In this document: piece by piece, positions 62,501-64,000 of the stretch | Layout of the letters: the number at the start of each line of letters is the position of its first letter | Position numbering within the stretch: position 1 is the stretch's first letter | From: Klebsormidium nitens | Taxonomy: Eukaryota; Plantae; Klebsormidiophyceae | Length of the DNA stretch: 64,000 nucleotides | NCBI GenBank assembly: GCA_000708835.1 | Contig: DF236963.1 | Span: 186,001-250,000, forward strand | Direction: 5' to 3' | Translations under genes and position numbers: made by a program | The notes under the pieces: model-generated | The model's input: the letters and a program-made list of their open reading frames with translations, nothing else | Told to the model about the DNA's origin: nothing | Database searches by the model: none

Positions 62501-64000
62501 TCAGCAACAATATAACACGAATAAGGCAACAATCGGTAGGGCGCTCACCATATCTGACCCGAACTGCACCCCACCCCCAGGCCTCAGTACAATCAACTTC
62601 CCACCAAACCCAAACGCCGCCACCGAGCATGGAGGCCGCCCCACGGACGTCTGCATCGCCTCCGCAGTGGAGCGCGGCACCGCCGTGTGCTGCGCCCAGC
62701 CCCCCCCAAAACCTGCCCCCCCAAACTCCTGTTGGGCCGGGATGAACGCCGGCCCGCTCTGCTTGGGCGGCTGGAAGAAATTCACACCGGCCGGGACGGA
62801 GGGCTGCGGCATGAACGGCGGGCGGGGTGTGAACGCGGGCGCGGGCTCGTGGGAGAAGTTGCCGGCCGCCCAGTCGTGCTCGGAACCGGTCTGGCTGGTC
62901 GCCGAAGCGCTGCGGCTGTGTCCCGGGGGGCGGGGGGGGAGGGCGGAGTGTGAATGCGTCCGCTGCGGGTGGGGTGTGAAGTCGGTCACAGGGGGGCCGT
63001 ACTGTGGGGGGGCGTGCTGTTCGAAGAAAGGCGCGCTGTGCACTGCGCTAGCTTCGGGGGGGAACTGCGATTCTGAGGGGGGGGAGAACGGAGCTTGCCC
63101 AGGGGTGAAGGAAGGCGCTGAGAATGGGTTTGGCTGAGGGGGGTACTCCGGTTGTCCTGGTGAGAACAATTCGCTCTGCGGGGGGGGTTGGGACTGACTT
63201 TCTTGAGGAGAGAAACTCTCCTGGGATGACTCTTGCGTCGGCACCGGACCCTCCCCCAAGTCGTGCAGAGTTTCGGGCTCGCTTTCCCCCAAGGCTGTCT
63301 CCGCAGCTTGACTCTGTAAAGGAGACTTCGGACCGTCCGAACCTGGTAACAGACTGTCCAAACCCGTCGGAACACCGTCATGAACTGGCTCCGGCTGGCC
63401 CCCAATCTGTTCAAAGAACTGCTCGGGATCGACGTGCTGCGCGCCCGTCCCCCATTCCTGGCTCCCCGCCGCCTGCTGCTGCCACGTGTCCCCTCCCTGA
63501 GCATGCCAGCTGTCCCCTCCCTGAGCCTGCCAGGTGCTGCTCCCCTGAGCCTGCCAGGTGCCGCCTCCCTGGGCCCCATACCAAGACGCGCTTGGATCAT
63601 AGTTCGGGGCATAGTAACCGCTCGGGTCGTAGGAACCGTTTGCAGCGGGATTTGGCGCAGACTGTGCGTACGCCCCTCCCTGGCTGTGTGAATACGCCCC
63701 TTGCTCGGGGGAACTGCTTGGAGCGGGCTGCGCATAGCTTCCTTCCTGGTGGTGTGAATAGGCCGCTTGCTGGGGAGCGGTGCTCGGGGAGGGGTGTGAA
63801 TAGGCCCCCTCCGGCTGCTGGTACTGGCTCCAGTCGTAGGTTTGGTTGTACTGATCGCTCCAGTATTGAGAAGAGTCGTAGGGTTGGCCAGCAGGATACT
63901 GGGCCTGATCTCCAAGTTGTGAGACTTGCGAATCGAAAGCGGGGGCGACTGCAGGAAGGCGTTTGTGCATCAACCCTGAGCGCCTTCGCAAAGCTAGTAA
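53578..64000 (-). CDS. SEC16: COPII scaffold SEC16 (plant MAG5/SEC16A-like), 5' partial
   Basis: About ten exons from acceptor 63948 to stop 53578. Motifs RPPCSVAAFGFGGKL, LLVAGNRKEAL..QLWGPALVLA, QWQDNLAILAANR, GDSLW..AAHMCYLVA, RTELYEH..QPYKLLYA..LAEAG, AKLGDKNKFYYDEKRKKWV, VRSRYVDTF and the terminal TDVEL* match plant SEC16. Confidence 0.95.
56315..56830 (-). repeat. Duplicated acceptor plus exon start (GTACTGCCAGCTG) x3 in a SEC16 intron
   Basis: Copies at 56320-56340 (functional), 56484-56504 (keeps TAG) and ~56813-56828 (acceptor lost). Confidence 0.8.
57255..57600 (-). repeat. Tandem triplication (126 and 122 bp) over a SEC16 acceptor
   Basis: GGCGTGCTCGTACAGCTC at 57256, 57382 and 57504, each with similar flanks (actttcca..ctgtaga..caaaa). 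Confidence 0.9.
58195..58540 (-). repeat. Tandem triplication (~135 bp) over a SEC16 acceptor
   Basis: CCAG(C/A)ATGCTGCC..ACCGT(C/T)GCCCT at 58230, 58367 and 58500. Confidence 0.85.
61160..61485 (-). repeat. Tandem triplication (~135 bp) over a SEC16 acceptor
   Basis: GGTCCTTGG..CCCCTGCA occurs three times, with shared aacggaacg and TCTGCTTGTGCAC spacers. Confidence 0.88.
63478..63580 (-). repeat. 24-bp coding tandem repeat (octapeptide QGGxxW[Q/H]A x4) in the SEC16 N-terminus
   Basis: CCCTGAGC(A/C)TGCCAG(C/G)TG units encode QGGGTWQA QGSSTWQA QGGDSWHA QGGDTWQQ. Confidence 0.85.

Overview
This is eukaryotic, intron-rich nuclear DNA with GT-AG introns and GC-rich large exons. The gene set combines plant-type CAND2, SEC16 and an At1g36990-like gene with a flagellar NME5/RSP23 and plastid-targeted proteins. 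That points to a flagellate streptophyte alga, Klebsormidium-like (inference). Reading splice sites by eye gives 13 spliced genes: a coiled-coil gene 3' end, a DUF1444-like/MYND fusion, a G-patch protein, CAND2/PMTR1, an inositol monophosphatase, a Rad6-like E2, a large orphan membrane protein, an At1g36990-like (vasculin-like) gene, a partly decayed unknown gene, a plastid YciH/SUI1, a fibrillin, RNASEH2B and NME5. A 14th, SEC16, is cut off at its 5' end by the window edge. No tRNA, rRNA, CRISPR array or intact transposon was seen. Four observations stand out. (1) CATG-dense islands recur in nearly every spacer next to a gene 3' end but not in divergent promoters. (2) Tandem duplications straddling 3' splice sites leave decoy acceptors and pseudo-exons, four times in SEC16 and once in the first gene. 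(3) A bacterial DUF1444/YtpQ-like domain is fused to a MYND finger, with a (GAGG)3 tract where a one-unit slip would join an upstream ORF. (4) Colinear motifs suggest the uncharacterised plant At1g36990 family is homologous to animal vasculin/GPBP1. All homology calls come from recalled motifs, not database searches, and exon boundaries were read by hand.
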